Under the pieces are notes generated by a model, which did no database searches, was not told the origin of the DNA, and was given only the letters and a program-made list of their open reading frames with translations. Shown one piece after another: positions 12,016 through 37,447 of a DNA stretch of 64,000 bases. Within the stretch, counting starts at the first letter, position 1, and every line of letters starts with the position of its first letter. The DNA is taken from positions 1 through 64,000 of the forward strand of contig NIVC01000612.1 of the NCBI GenBank assembly GCA_002269645.1, in the 5' to 3' direction. Position numbers and translations under genes: made by a program. This DNA is from Macrostomum lignano (taxonomy: Eukaryota).

Positions 12016-13308
12016 GCTGACGTTTCTTATAAGACAGTCCTATTATTTTGTCTGTTCTATTGCAACTTGAAAGGCCCTTTATATGTACTGGTGTTTTGAT
12101 TTAGACTTTGTGCACTATGAACCCAAATATTGGTTGGTGTGTATTATTTATGCACACGAGGAAACCTGGTTCGGTGCGTTCCAAATGGAACACAGCCGTG
12201 GGGGATGGGGGGGGGCTGAGTGGGTGCGTACAGTCGAGAGAAGGTTTAATTGAAGTTGCTAATTGGGCCTCTGCAATAAAAGTAAGGCTGAGCAGTTCAA
12301 AGTTGTTATTGCCGGCCCGACTGACTAATATTAATTTCAAAAGCAAACCCCAACCCACACATGCACGTAGATTTAATCGCGCTCAAACTGCCTAAATGTG
12401 GCACTTATTATGCAACTATCGATCTACACTATCTACACTATAATACTAGGCGAGTTAGTTGGAAATTTTTCTAGACAATATTTCAGCTTGAATAGAAATT
12501 TACTGGTCGACCCATTTCAGTGCTTTTCCGGGGGGGGGGGTGAGGTTGTAAACTTTAGAAAATTGAAAAACGACTACGTTACTACATTACTTTAGTAATG
12601 AGTAGTATGCACTATGTACTCAAGTAGGATGGGAAATCGCTACCATACGTTTTTGGAAACTGTGCTGTGCCATTTTTATGGTTTTAGGCACAGGACATGT
12701 ACGATTGTACGCAGGAGACAAGAGTAACACAGAATCGTAATTTTCTAAACGAAAAGTTTTATGAATATCAATAGAGCTATAAGAAAGACAAGAAATATCA
12801 AAAGATGAACATTGGGTCTGCCTCGTATCGAAAGCAATAACTATTTTTACGTGGAACAAAATCGAAAACCTCCTATCTCCGCGATGTATCTTTTCGAAAG
12901 AAATCTGCCTCTTATAAATATTTCCAAGAAAGTCAGTTTCCCGTATTACTTGATCATAAAATTTCTTGGCTTGACTTGACTTTAAATATTAAATTGATTA
13001 AAGCTAATAGTGTTTTATTGTCGGGTGCAATAATATTTTGCATATTTTGCACTTATTTAGGTTATCGTCAATTTTGCTTTTACAATATTTTAAAAACAAT
13101 TATGTTAGCTTTATCTGATCTTTAAGTTTAATAGCTTTTTCCAGGTATACAGGGGCTATTCAGTGCATGTACATGTAGCACATGTAGTACATGTAGCACA
13201 TGACAAATTGAGATAAGCTTATCTTTTTGAAACTTTTATTCGAGGAGTATGAGTATGTTTTCCTCATCAAGGGCCGCCAGCACCATGTGCTGCCAGCAGA
13301 GACAGGGA

Positions 13309-14160
13309 CGCCCACAAAGAGACAGGGGCGCCCACCAAGAGACAGTGGCGCTCACCAAGAGACAGGGGCGCCAACCAAGAGACAGGGGCGCTCACCAAGA
13401 GACAGGAGCGCCCACAAAGAGACAGGGGCGCCAACAAAGAGACAGGGGCGCCCACCAAGAGACAGGGGCGCCAACCAAGAGACAGGGGCGCTCACCAAGA
13501 GACAGGAGCGCCCACAAAGAGACAGGGGCGCCAACAAAGAGACAGGGGCGCCCACCAAGAGACAGGGGCGCCAACCAAGAGACAGGGACGCCAACCAATA
13601 AACAGGGGCGCCAACCAAGAGACAGGGGCGCCCACCAAGAGACAGGGGCGCCCACAAAGAGACAGGGGCGCCCACAAAGAGACAGGGGTGCCCAATAAGA
13701 GACAGGGGCGCCCACCAAGACACAGGGGCGCCCACAAAGAGACAGGGGCGCCCACCAAGAGACAGGGGCGCCAACCAAGAGACAGGGACGCCAACCAATA
13801 AACAGGGGCGCCAACCAAGAGACAGGGGCGCCCACCAAGAGACAGGGGCGCCCACAAAGAGACAGGGGCGCCCACAAAGAGACAGGGGCGCCCACAAAGA
13901 GACAGGGGTGCCCAATAAGAGACAGGGGCGCCCACCAAGACACAGGGGCGCCAACAAAGAGACAGGGGCGCCAACCAAGAGACAGGGACGCCAACCAATA
14001 AACAGGGGCGCCCACCAAGAGACAGGGGCGTCCACAAAGAGACAGGGGCGCCCACAAAGAGACAGGGGCGCCCACAAAGAGACAGGGGCGCCCATCAAGA
14101 GACAGGGGCGCCAACCAAGAGACAGGGGCGCCAACCAAGAGACAGGTGCACCAACCAAGA
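13309..14160. repeat. 20-bp minisatellite (GACAGGGGCGCCCACCAAGA)n, ~42 copies
   Basis: Exact 20-bp period; explains the ORFs at 13227-14234. Confidence 0.95.
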
Positions 14161-14573
14161 CACCATATACTGGCGCCCCTCAGTGTCGTGGCCCTCTGCA
14201 AATAAAATTGCTGCATACGCTACTGATTTATTAAAGGTTACACTTGATTTTGCTTACAAATGCACAGGCAATATGAGTTATTTTCAGTTTTTTAGCACTA
14301 AATTGTCTGTAACTCTCGCATTTAGTGCTTTTAATACGCATGCTTGTAGTCGAGGCAACACAAACTATTTTTTATTATCAAAAGTTCTGAGCAGACGGTC
14401 TTAGCAGTACTTTAATAACTCTTAAACAATACAAGCAGAAAGCAGGAGAGTAGAGAATAATTTGGAAAAAAAGAAAAAATGATCAATAAATTGTGCGCAT
14501 TGTGCAAAGCTTTAAAAATTCAAAATTCATTTGAAAATAAATGTGTACATATCTTTCAAAAATGATCTGTAGC

Positions 14574-14790
14574 TTGCGGGGAGTCTCAAGGTCAGAAGAT
14601 GGGGTGCGGGGACTCTCAAGGTCAGGAGATGGGGTACGTGCGGGAGTCTCAAGGTCAGGAGATAGGGTGCGGAAATCTCAAGGTCAGGAGATGGGGTGCG
14701 GAAATCTCAAGGTCAGGAGATGGGGTGCGGGAGTCTCAAGGTCAGGAGATGGGGTACGGGGAGTCTCAAGGTCAGGTGACGGGATGTCAG
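14574..14790. repeat. 29-30-bp minisatellite, same family as 10602-11640, ~7 copies
   Basis: GTCTCAAGGTCAGGAGATGGGGT units. Confidence 0.9.
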
Positions 14791-15045
14791 GACCTAGAAT
14801 GAGGGTGCATTTACCTTATAAACAGGTCACGTCTTAGATAATTTATAAACTAATAGAAAATAATGAGTAAGAAATTACAAAGTGGCCCAACATAAATCAC
14901 AATGTCCCGGCCCCTCAACACGCGTAAAATACGGCTTTTTACGCAGAATTTTTATCAGTTACAGTGTATGTACATGGAGGTCCAAGCAAAAGCGGCCTAT
15001 GGTTAGTAAAAAATATCAAAGTTTTTTTTTAACTTAATCTCATTT

Positions 15046-16562
15046 TCATTTCTTCTTCTTAGCAGCCGCCGCGGCGGATTGCTGCTTTCTAGCCGATTCA
15101 ATCGTTGCTTTGTTAATCTCTTCGTCAGATCGCTGCAGCTGGGCTGACACGCTCGCTTGCAGCTGACCCATCTCCTTTTTTAGGCGCTCGCGGATCAACC
15201 GTTTAAGGGCGCTCATGGAGTCCGTGTCGGAATCGAACTGCAAACCATCTGGGTTGGAGTCGCCGACAATCAGAGCGGGTGCTTGGTCGGATACTTCTAG
15301 TTGTTTCTCGTCTGAAATGGGCAAAATAATTAAATTGAATTTTTATTAATTTGTTTAAAATCACTTAATTTGTTTTAAACTACTGAAAACGTTAAACTAA
15401 ATGCAATTAAAGCATACCAAAATATGTCTTATATGAGTTATTTACAATAAATCCAAGCCTTCACTATAGAATATTGCGACACAATTAAAACAATTTTTTT
15501 CAAATTTCTTAAATTATAATTACTACTCATATGTTGCTTAAAGTGATTTTTTGTTTCATTTTGAATCCTTAGAATAAAATTTAAAATAATAAAAAAGAAT
15601 GGTATAGAATTTCATTACTTCTAAATTATTTTGCTAAACTGTTTCCTAACTAATAAATATTTAAGATTTTCAATGCACTTCCATGCAATTATAATAACTT
15701 TTTAAAGTGTGGCTCCAATAAGAAGTGAGTTGAATATTTTTATTAGTAAATATTGTATAAATATTTTAAAATAAATACATACTGTCTGTTCTGTCTGCCT
15801 GTGTTAGAATCTTAGAATATAAACCTAGAAGCTTAAGAATTTAAACATTCAAAGTAAATAGAGTGCTTCGTTCTAACATTATACATAAAAACACACGAGT
15901 TATCTATTATACAGGTAATGCTTACCATCTTCAGCAGTAAATCTGTCCTCATTTTGCTGAGTCCTTGACGAATCCTGATCGAACGCATCAGCCATCATAC
16001 TCTGGCTATTCTTGCCTGACTCCCTTGACGAATTGGGAAATGCTGTATAATTAATAGTCAAATCCAGCTGCACCTGCGGATTGAAAACGTATTTGTACAT
16101 CTTGAAGTGACGAAAGTAGCTGTCAATAAAGTAATTTGACACAGCAGTGGCCTCTTGCGGTGAGAAAATTCCGAGACTAAATGGTGGGCGATGCACAGAG
16201 TGGCAGAGTATCAAATCCTTGAGAAATTCTAGCGTCTCTTTAATATTGCCAAACGGGGTTTCAATGGCCATCTCGTGGATCTGCTTCAGTATGGAGAGAA
16301 AGCATGACGTTTTCTCACTATTGAAATTGTATTCTTTGCAAAACTGTACAGCATAGTAAAACATGTCCAGCACGATAGTGCCTCTTCCATCAGAATCTTC
16401 TCTGATTCCAAAAGTTTCTATAATGAATGCTCTAGTGTCTTCAACCGTAGAGAGTCGTAGGACATAATCGGTTTCAGCAACACCGATGTCTCTCCATACA
16501 GATGCCTTTGCCTTTTTAGTTCTTGGAACAGGAATGACTGGAATAACTTCTCCGTCTGACAT
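15046..16562 (-). CDS. CFAP119: Cilia- and flagella-associated protein 119 (CCDC189/C16orf93, CLAMP/C1a-32 domain), 300 aa; exons 15926-16562, 15046-15311
   Basis: Characteristic LDMFYYAVQFC...FLSILK...LILCHSVHRPPFSLGIFS...YFIDSYFRHFKMYKYVF; phase-1 intron G|gtaagc...ttcag|AC; 903 nt open. Confidence 0.9.
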
Positions 16563-16593
16563 TATTTTTCAGAGTTCAAAATAATCTGCCTTT

Positions 16594-16607
16594 TTAGCCA
16601 AGACAAC
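16594..16607. promoter_or_regulatory. Candidate RFX X-box upstream of the ciliary gene CFAP119 (GTTGTCTTGGCTAA on minus strand)
   Basis: 10/14 match to GTTGCCATGGCAAC, ~32-45 bp upstream of the ATG; RFX regulation of ciliary genes is established; the match is imperfect. Confidence 0.3.
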
Positions 16608-17751
16608 GTTTTCTTTTCAAAACGTCGGACTTTACAATCTTGACTTGATTAAAATGTACAACCGCCATGCATGTTAAATTATAAAACCTAGCAATTCTCA
16701 GGGTTAACAAAGTACGGTCACTGTTTGCTTTAAATAGTTTTAGTTTCTTCTTTAAACCTCGGTGTTTTCTTTTTAAAAAGTTTTTAAAGCATTTTAAAAT
16801 TAGGTAGTAATTTTTGTTTTAAATTACTTAATAACGGAGCCTTTCCTAAATATTTTTTTCCATCGGTACTGCGTTTTAGAAATTTATATGCCTGTTAAAA
16901 ACCATCTATAAGTATGTTTGTAATAAAATTCTAGAACTGCGAAATGCTGTGGCTTCGCTAGACGTTTTAAGAGTCTTAAAGTTTAGAGTTTTAAGAGCTG
17001 AATATATTTGGGATATTCCCAAAACAGTGACCGCAGCTTTTTTAGCACGCTTCAACATCAATACTCTCATAAAGCATAGTTTTATTAAGAATGAATAATT
17101 TTAAATTTGTAAGTCCTTAACATTAACAATTAAATAGTTAAAGTACTTCATGGTTTAATTCCACGAATCTTAATTATTTAGTTATAAGCACTTATACATT
17201 CTGTCTCGATCTCGACGATCTGCACTGACCAGCAAAAGTGATTCAATAAAGTTTAACTGTACTGGTAGAATAATTTTTACTTTTTAATATTTTTAATACT
17301 TTGTGTATTAATTGATTCATTAAATGACAGGATAAAATACGTCAATTTAAAATACGAGTAAAGGCGCCAGAAGAATTTAAAATATTACGAGGATTCCGGA
17401 ATGAATGAATCCGGAATTTAAAGGTTGCACCTCTTGTTCACTTAGAAAGATATGACAGTGTTAAAAAATTCTTAATTTTTGCGCATCAGCTGTGTGTGAA
17501 AAAACAGGATAAAATAAGCAGTTATCGTACAGTATTAAAAATCAAGAATATTTATAACTAAATAATGTTTAGTTAAACATAGAGCTGTTTTGTTGAACTC
17601 GAGCTGTTGAAGTCAAGAATGAGTATGCAAGACAAGGATGATTCGATGTTATATCAATGCAAAATATAGAATAAGGTTCAACATAATTTTTTAGCAAACA
17701 AAGCTGTACGAGTGTAAATATTGTTTGCATTTATTCAGAATTGGGTCAACT

Positions 17752-29522
<11,771 letters not shown>

Positions 29523-29534
29523 CTGGAAGGAAGG

Positions 29535-29781
<247 letters not shown>

Positions 29782-30082
29782 GCAGGTGGCAGTAATATGA
29801 CATTTCATAAAATCGAACTTGAATTCAGACCCAGTCGGGAAAAAACTCTTGAAGCCAGCTGAAAAGAACAAGCAAGCGCAGACTGCATGCTCTGGAGCAG
29901 CGCGATCTATTTCAAGTTGCAAAATGGGTTTAAGCAGGTCAATTGAGTGGAGAATTGAACTCGTGTGTCAATCAACAAACTGGCTGACCTAAACGCTCCC
30001 ACGTAGTCAAGGAGATTTATTGATTTAATATCTGGCGTGGATTATCATTACCTTTGATCTGTCTAATTTGTGAATTATGTTT

Positions 30083-33000
30083 AGTTGGTGAAGTGTTCAG
30101 TTTGTGAATTGTCCAGTTTGTGAATTGTCCAGTTTGTGAATTGTCCAGTTTGTGAATTGTCCAGTTTGTGAATTGTCCAGTTTATGAATTGTCCAGTTTG
30201 TGAATTGTCCAGTTTGTGAATTGCTCAGTTTGTGAATTGTCCAGTTTGTGAATTGTCCAGTTTGTGAATTGTCCAGTTTGTGAATTGTCCAGTTTGTGAA
30301 TTGTCCAGTTTGTGAATTGTCCAGTTTGTGAATTGTCCAGTTTGTGAAGTGTCCAGTTTGTGAATTGTCCAGTTTGTGAATTGTCCAGTTTGTGAAGTGT
30401 CCAGTTGGTGAATTGTCCAGTTTGTGAATTGTCCAGTTCGTGAATTGTCCAGTTTGTGAATTGTCCAGTTTGTGAAGTGACTGGTTTGTGAATTGTCCAG
30501 TTTGTGAATTGTCCAGTTGGTGAATTGTCCAGTTTGTGAATTGTCCAGTTTGTGAATTGTCCAGTTTGTGAATTGTCCAGTTTGTGAATTGTCTAGTTTG
30601 TGAATTGTCCAGTTTGTGAATTGTCCAGTTTGTGAATTGTCCAGTTTGTGAATTGTCTGGTTTGTGAATTGTCCAGTTTGTGAATTGTCCAGTTCGTGAA
30701 TTGTCCAGTTTGTGAATTGTCCAGTTGGTGAATAACAGTTTGTGAATTGTCCAGTTTGTGAATTGTCCAGTTTGTGAATTGTCCAGTTTGTGAATTGTCC
30801 AGTTTGTGAATTGTCCAGTTTGTGAATTGTCCAGTTTGTGGATTGTCCAGTTTGTGAATTGTCCAGTTTGTGAATTGTTCAGTTTGTGAAGTGTCCAGTT
30901 TGTGAATTGTCCAGTTTGTGAATTGTCCAGTTTGTGAATTGTCCAGTTTGTGAATTGTCCAGTTTGTGAATTGTCCAGTTTGTGAATTGTCCAGTTTGTG
31001 AATTGTCCAGTTTGTGAATTGTCCAGTTTGTGAATTGTCCAGTTTGTGAATTGTCCAGTTTGTGAAGTGTCCAGTTGGTGAATTGTCCAGTTTGTGAATT
31101 GTCCAGTTCGTGAAGTGTCCAGTTTGTGAATTGTCCAGTTTGTGAAGTGTCTGGTTTGTGAATTGTCCAGTTTGTGAATTGTCCAGTTGGTGAATTGTCC
31201 AGTTTGTGAATTGTCCAGTTTGTGAATTGTCCAGTTTGTGAATTGTCCAGTTTGTGAATTGTCTAGTTTGTGAAGTGTCCAGTTTGTGAATTGTCCAGTT
31301 TGTGAATTGTCCAGTTTGTGAATTGTCCAGTTGGTGAAGTGTCCAGTTTGTGAATTGTCCAGTTTGTGAAGTGTCCAGTTTTTCAATTGTCCAGTTTGTA
31401 AATTGTCCAGTTTGTGAAGTGTCCAGTTTGTGAATTGTCCAGTTGGTGAATTGTCCAGTTTGTGAATTGTCCAGTTTGTGAATTGTCCAGTTTGTGAAGT
31501 GTACAGTTTGTGAATTGTCCAGTTTGTGAATTGTCCAGTTTGTGAAGTGTACAGTTTGTGAATTGTACAGTTTGTGAATTGTCCAGTTTGTGAATTGTCC
31601 AGTTTGTGAAGTGTACAGTTTGTGAATTGTCCAGTTTGTGAATTGTCCAGTTTGTGAAGTGTACAGTTTGTGAATTGTACAGTTTGTGAATTGTCCAGTT
31701 TGTGAATTGTCCAGTTTGTGAATTGTCTGGTTTGTGAATTGTCCAGTTTGTGAATTGTCCAGTTTGTGAATTGTCCAGTTGGTGAATTGTCCAGTTTGTG
31801 AATTGTCCAGTTTGTGAATTGTCCAGTTTGTGAATTGTCCAGTTTGTGAATTGTCCAGTTTGTGAATTGTCCAGTTTGTGAATTGTCCAGTTTGTGAATT
31901 GTCCAGTTCGTGAAGTGTCCAGTTTGTGAATTGTCCAGTTCGTGAAGTGTCCAGTTTGTGAATTGTCCAGTTTGTGAATTGTCCAGTTTGTGAATTGTCT
32001 GGTTTGTGAAGTGTCCAGTTTGTGAATTGTCCAGTTTGTGAAGTGTACAGTTTGTGAATTGTCAAGTTTGTGAATTGTCCAGTTTGTGAATTGTCCAGTT
32101 CGTGAATTGTCTGGTTTGTGAATTGTCCAGTTTGTGAATTGTCTGGTTTGTGAAGTGTCCAGTTTGTGAATTGTCCAGTTTGTGAAGTGTACAGTTTGTG
32201 AATTGTCAAGTTTGTGAATTGTCCAGTTTGTGAATTGTCCAGTTCGTGAATTGTCTGGTTTGTGAATTGTCCAGTTTGTGAATTGTCAAGTTTGTGAATT
32301 GTCCAGTTTGTGAATTGTACAGTTTGTGAATTGTCTGGTTTGTGAAGTGTCCAGTTTGTGAATTGTCCAGTTTGTGAATTGTCTGGTTTGTGAATTGTCC
32401 AGTTTGTGAATTGTCCAGTTTGTGAATTGTCCAGTTTGTGAATTGTCTAGTTTGTGAATTGTCTAGTTTGTGAATTGTCTAGTTTGTGAATTTTCCAGTT
32501 TGTGAATTGTCAAGTTTGTGAATTGTACAGTTTGTGAATTTTCCAGTTTGTGAATTGTCTGGTTTGTGAAGTGTCCAGTTTGTGAATTGTCCAGTTTGTG
32601 AATTGTCTGGTTTGTGAAGTGTCCCGTTTGTGAATTGTACAGTTTGTGAAGTGTACAGTTTGTGAATTGTACAGTTTGTGAATTGTACAGTTTGTGAATT
32701 GTCCAGTTTGTGAATTGTCCAGTTTGTGAATTGTCCAGTTCGTGAATTGTCCAGTTTGTGAATTGTCCAGTTTGTGAATTGTCCAGTTTGTGAATTGTCC
32801 AGTTTGTGAATTGTCCAGTTTGTGAATTGTACAGTTTGTGAAGTGTCCAGTTTGTGAATTGTCCAGTTTGTGAAGTGTCCAGTTTGTGAAGTGTCCAGTT
32901 TGTAAATTGTCCAGTTTGTGAAGTGTCCAGTTTGTGAATTGTCCAGTTTGTGAAGTGTCCAGTTTGTGAATTGTCCAGTTTGTGAATTGTCCAGTTTGTG

Positions 33001-34298
33001 AATTGTCCAGTTTGTGAATTGTCCAGTTTGTGAAGTGTCCAGTTTGTGAATTGTCCAGTTTGTGAAGTGTCCAGTTTGTGAATTGTCCAGTTTGTGAAGT
33101 GTCCAGTTTGTGAATTGTCCAGTTTGTGAATTGTCCAGTTTGTGAATTGTCCAGTTTGTGAAGTGTCTAGTTTGTGAATTGTCCAGTTTGTGAATTGTCC
33201 AGTTTGTGAATTGTCCAGTTTGTGAATTGTCCAGTTTGTGAATTGTCCAGTTTGTGAATTGTCCAGTTGGTGAAGTGTCCAGTTTGTGAATTGTCCAGTT
33301 TGTGAATTGTCCAGTTTGTGAATTGTCCAGTTTGTGAATTGTCCAGTTTGTGAATTGTCCAGTTTGTGAATTGTCCAGTTTGTGAATTGTCCAGTTTGTG
33401 AAGTGTCCAGTTCGTGAAGTGTCCAGTTTGTGAATTGTCCAGTTTGTGAAGTGTCCAGTTTGTGAATTGTCCAGTTTGTGAATTGTCCAGTTTGTGAATT
33501 GTCCAGTTTGTGAATTGTCTAGTTTGTGAAGTGTCCAGTTTGTGAATTGTCCAGTTTGTGAATTGTCTAGTTTGTGAATTGTCCAGTTTGTGAATTGTCC
33601 AGTTTGTGAATTGTCCAGTTTGTGAATTGTCCAGTTTGTGAATTGTCCAGTTTGTGAATTGTCCAGTTTGTGAAGTGTCCAGTTTGTGAATTGTCCAGTT
33701 TGTGAATTGTCCAGTTGGTGAATTGTCCAGTTTGTGAATTGTCCAGTTTGTGAATTGTCCAGTTGGTGAAGTGTCCAGTTTGTGAATTGTCCAGTTTGTG
33801 AATTGTCCAGTTTGTGAATTGTCCAGTTTGTGAATTGTCCAGTTTGTGAATTGTCCAGTTTGTGAATTGTCCAGTTTGTGAATTGTCCAGTTTGTGAAGT
33901 GTCCAGTTTGTGAATTGTCTAGTTTGTGAATTGTCCAGTTGGTGAATTGTCCAGTTTGTGAATTGTCCAGTTTGTGAATTGTCCAGTTTGTGAATTGTCC
34001 AGTTTGTGAATTGTCCAGTTTGTGAATTGTCCAGTTTGTGAAGTGTCCAGTTTGTGAATTGTCCAGTTTGTGAATTGTCTAGTTTGTGAATTGTCCAGTT
34101 TGTGAATTGTCCAGTTTGTGAATTGTCCAGTTTGTGAATTGTCCAGTTTGTGAATTGTCCAGTTTGTGAATTGTCCAGTTTGTGAAGTGTCCAGTTTGTG
34201 AATTGTCCAGTTTGTGAATTGTCCAGTTGGTGAATTGTCCAGTTTGTGAATTGTCCAGTTTGTGAATTGTCCAGTTGGTGAATTGTCCAGTTCGTGAA
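30083..34298. repeat. 16-bp satellite (GTTTGTGAATTGTCCA)n, ~260 copies, 4.2 kb
   Basis: Period 30121 to 30137; explains the NWTIHKLDNSQTGQFT ORFs. Confidence 0.98.
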
Positions 34299-34832
34299 GT
34301 CTTCAATCCAGACACCTATATTCACAGTTGTCTTTGGCTGGTACAACGAGAACAATTACCAATCGATCGACAACTATAAGCACCTGCGCTGTGGATCAGC
34401 TAGAGAAAAAACTGGTCGAAGTAATATTCTGTATAAAATATGAATTATGAAGCGGCTAATTTAGTAAGACAGTCTGGTCCAGCCATTGTGAGTGATTGTG
34501 TGGGAGTGTCGAAGTGGCCAGGGCCTACAAAATGGAGGCGCAGGTTTTTCGCATCTGTGTGCTCTTGGGTTTTTTTAAATAACTGATTAATATGCTGCCT
34601 ATCAATATGAATTATGAAGTGCTGAGTGACTCATTCAAAACACTCTTATTGGCAGCTATTAAACAAAAAATTTCTACACAAAGGCCCATCTCCTACTGTT
34701 GCGAATTTATGCGGGTAGGAAAGACAAAAAAATGGCGGACAAAGCGAAAAAATGGATGAAAGATTCGATTTTGCTTGACAGTTTTATGGCAACATATCGT
34801 CTGGTGCCGGTGAGAGTGGGGAGGGAGAGAAT

Positions 34833-35050
34833 GAGAGGTGGAGTGAGAAGGGAGAGGAGAGGTGGAGTGAGAAGGGAGAGGAGAGGTGGAGTGAGAAGGG
34901 AGATAAAGAGAGGTGGAGTGAGAAGGAAGAGGAGAGGTGGAGTGAGAAGGGAGAGGAGAGGTGGAGGGAGAAGGGAGAGGAGAGGTGGAGTGATAAGGGA
35001 GAGGAGAGGTGGAGTGAGAAGGGAGAGGAGAGGTGGAGTGTGAAGGGAGA
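34833..35050. repeat. 24-bp purine-rich minisatellite (GAGAGGTGGAGTGAGAAGGGAGAG)n, ~9 copies
   Basis: Direct periodicity. Confidence 0.9.
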
Positions 35051-35405
35051 GCAGGAGAGGGAGGTGTTAGGGAAATGCAGTGAAGCTGTCAGACAGAAAG
35101 TTGCAGAAAGCACATGACGAGCTCGCGCTAACAAAGTCTAAATAAAAAGCGCAGAGTTCAGCGATACAGAAGGAGAGCAAAGGTTCTATTTCAATGATTT
35201 CATGTGCCTGTGACAGTCACAGACAGGTGACTCAGTCATAAATGCTCACAAATCTACTACAGATCCTACCTGACAACATTAGGCATTTTGACGTTCCATT
35301 TCATTGGGCTAGCCCAGAAATAAAACAATTATCTTTTGCTGCAAAATTAACCTGTTTTTGAGCACTGATGCGTATAGACTTCGGCTTTTGAGTAGGATGC
35401 CTCCA

Positions 35406-36044
35406 CTGACTGACTGACTGACTGACTGACTGACTGACTGACTGACTGACTGACTGACTGACTGACTGACTGACTGACTGACTGACTGACTGACTGACTG
35501 ACTGACTGACTTGAGTGGCTGACTGACTGACTGACTGACTGACTGACTGACTTGAGTGGCTGACTGACTGACTGACTGACTGACTGACTGACTGACTGAC
35601 TGACTGACTGACTGACTTGAGTGGCTGACTGACTGACTGACTGACTGACTGACTGACTGACTGACTGACTGACTGACTGACTGACTGACTGACTGACTGA
35701 CTGACTGACTGACTGACTGACTGACTGACTGACTGACTGACTGACTGACTGACTGACTGACTGACTGACTGACTGACTGACTGACTGACTGACTTGAGTG
35801 GCTGACTGACTGACTGACTGACTGACTGACTGACTGACTGACTGACTGACTGACTGACTTGAGTGGCTGACTGACTGACTGACTGACTGACTGACTGACT
35901 GACTTGAGTGGCTGACTGACTTGAGTGGCTGACTGACTGACTGCCTGACTGACTGACTGACTGACTGACTGACTGACTGACTGACTGACTGACTGACTGA
36001 CTGACTGACTGACTGACTGACTGACTGACTGACTGACTGACTGA
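35406..36044. repeat. (GACT)n microsatellite with TTGAGTGG interruptions
   Basis: Tetranucleotide run. Confidence 0.97.
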
Positions 36045-36100
36045 TATCAATACAATAAATTAGCACAGCAACATATCAGTAGGAAGGCAGGAAAACTCAC

Positions 36101-36220
36101 CATAGAGAATCTCCTATGTCCGAAACCAGCATGGTTTGTAGTCGTGGAAGATTGAATTAGCGAATCGACAGGAAAATTTTGCTGACTGGTTTCAGTGGTT
36201 TGTAATTGAAACAGCATCAT
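36101..36220 (-). CDS. Candidate first coding exon of the PDZRN-like gene (MMLFQLQTTETSQQ...GFGHRRFSM, 40 codons)
   Basis: accATG, open 120 nt, strong phase-0 donor ATG|gtgagt compatible with the phase-0 acceptor at 29522; no homology support. Confidence 0.35.
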
Positions 36221-36519
36221 GGTTAATTAATAGTTAATTTCAATACAATTTAAAGATTTAAGACTCAATAAATCTGGATTCGATAAGCTATTTATATGCC
36301 AGAAAGGTGAAGTCGGTGATTAATGAACCATACAATTTTAAGCCAAGACTACACCTCTCTCGAGAGTCTGTCTGGGGAAGGGGTGGGTGTCCTGTCCGAG
36401 CCAATTAGAGTTCACTTCACCCGTGAGTGGCTGGCTTGGTTGGCCAAGGCCCTTGTTCAGAGTGCATGAAATCTTTCTGACAATAATTATAAACTGAACA
36501 GTGATTTTAACTGGCGACA

Positions 36520-37225
36520 CGATTCTTTATTTGGCGCCACGATTTGTAGTTTGGCGCCAGGACTCTCAAATTGGCGCCACCATTCCTAATTTGGCGCTAC
36601 GATTTGTTTTTTGGCGCCACGGTTCCTAATTTGGCGCCACTGTTCCTAATTTGGCGCTACGATTCGTTATTTGGCGCCAAGATTCTTAATTTGGCGCCAC
36701 GATACTTTATTTGGCGCAACGATACTTTATTTGGCGCCACCATTCTTTATTTGGCGCCACCATTCTTAATTGGCACCACGATACTTTATTTGGCGCCACC
36801 ATTCTTTATTTGGCGCCACCATTCTTTATTTGGCGCCACCATTCTTAATTGGCACCATGATACTTTATTTGGCGCCACCATTCTTAATTGGCACCACGAT
36901 ACTTTATTTGGCGCCACCATTTTTAATTTGGCACCAGGACTCTCAGTTTGGCGCCAGGACTCTCAATTTGGCGCCACGATTTGTTATAAGGCGCCACGGT
37001 TCTTAGTTTGGCGCGCTGATTTGTTTTTTGGCGCCACTGTTCCTAATTTGCCGCCACTATTCCCAATTTGGCGCCATGATACTTTATTTGGCACCACAAT
37101 ACTTTATTTGGCGCCAAAATTCTTTATTTGGCGCCAAAATTCTTAATTTGGCGCCACGATGACGATTCTTTATTTAGCGCCGCTATTCTTTATTTTGCAC
37201 CACGATTCTTAATTTGGCGCCTCGG
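36520..37225. repeat. Degenerate ~20-bp minisatellite with an ATTTGGCGCCAC core
   Basis: About 30 repeated TTTGGCGCC cores with variable AT-rich spacers. Confidence 0.9.
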
Positions 37226-37447
37226 TTCTTTTTTCAGTGCTGCTGAAGGACAGCATGTCAGATAACTCAATGCTCCTTTAAGGCCAAGACAACGGAAGCT
37301 TCAGGTTGCCAGGCCTTCTATCACAATTAATCAAAGCTATTTTGGAAACATTTTTGCTATTTTTTTCTCGTTTTTGTCGATTCAAGCTCCAACTTGTCAG
37401 GCCAAACAGCAGGCAATGAATTATGATTATAATACCTCTGGAACGGA

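Noticed and set aside
17393-17418. Perfect 8-bp hairpin ATTCCGGA-N9-TCCGGAAT
   Set aside because: Short isolated palindrome of a kind expected by chance; no RNA gene context
30097-34355. Long ORFs (429, 538, 262 aa) of NWTIHKLDNSQTGQFT repeats
   Set aside because: Translation of a 16-bp satellite; the same peptide appears in every frame and there are no splice or start signals
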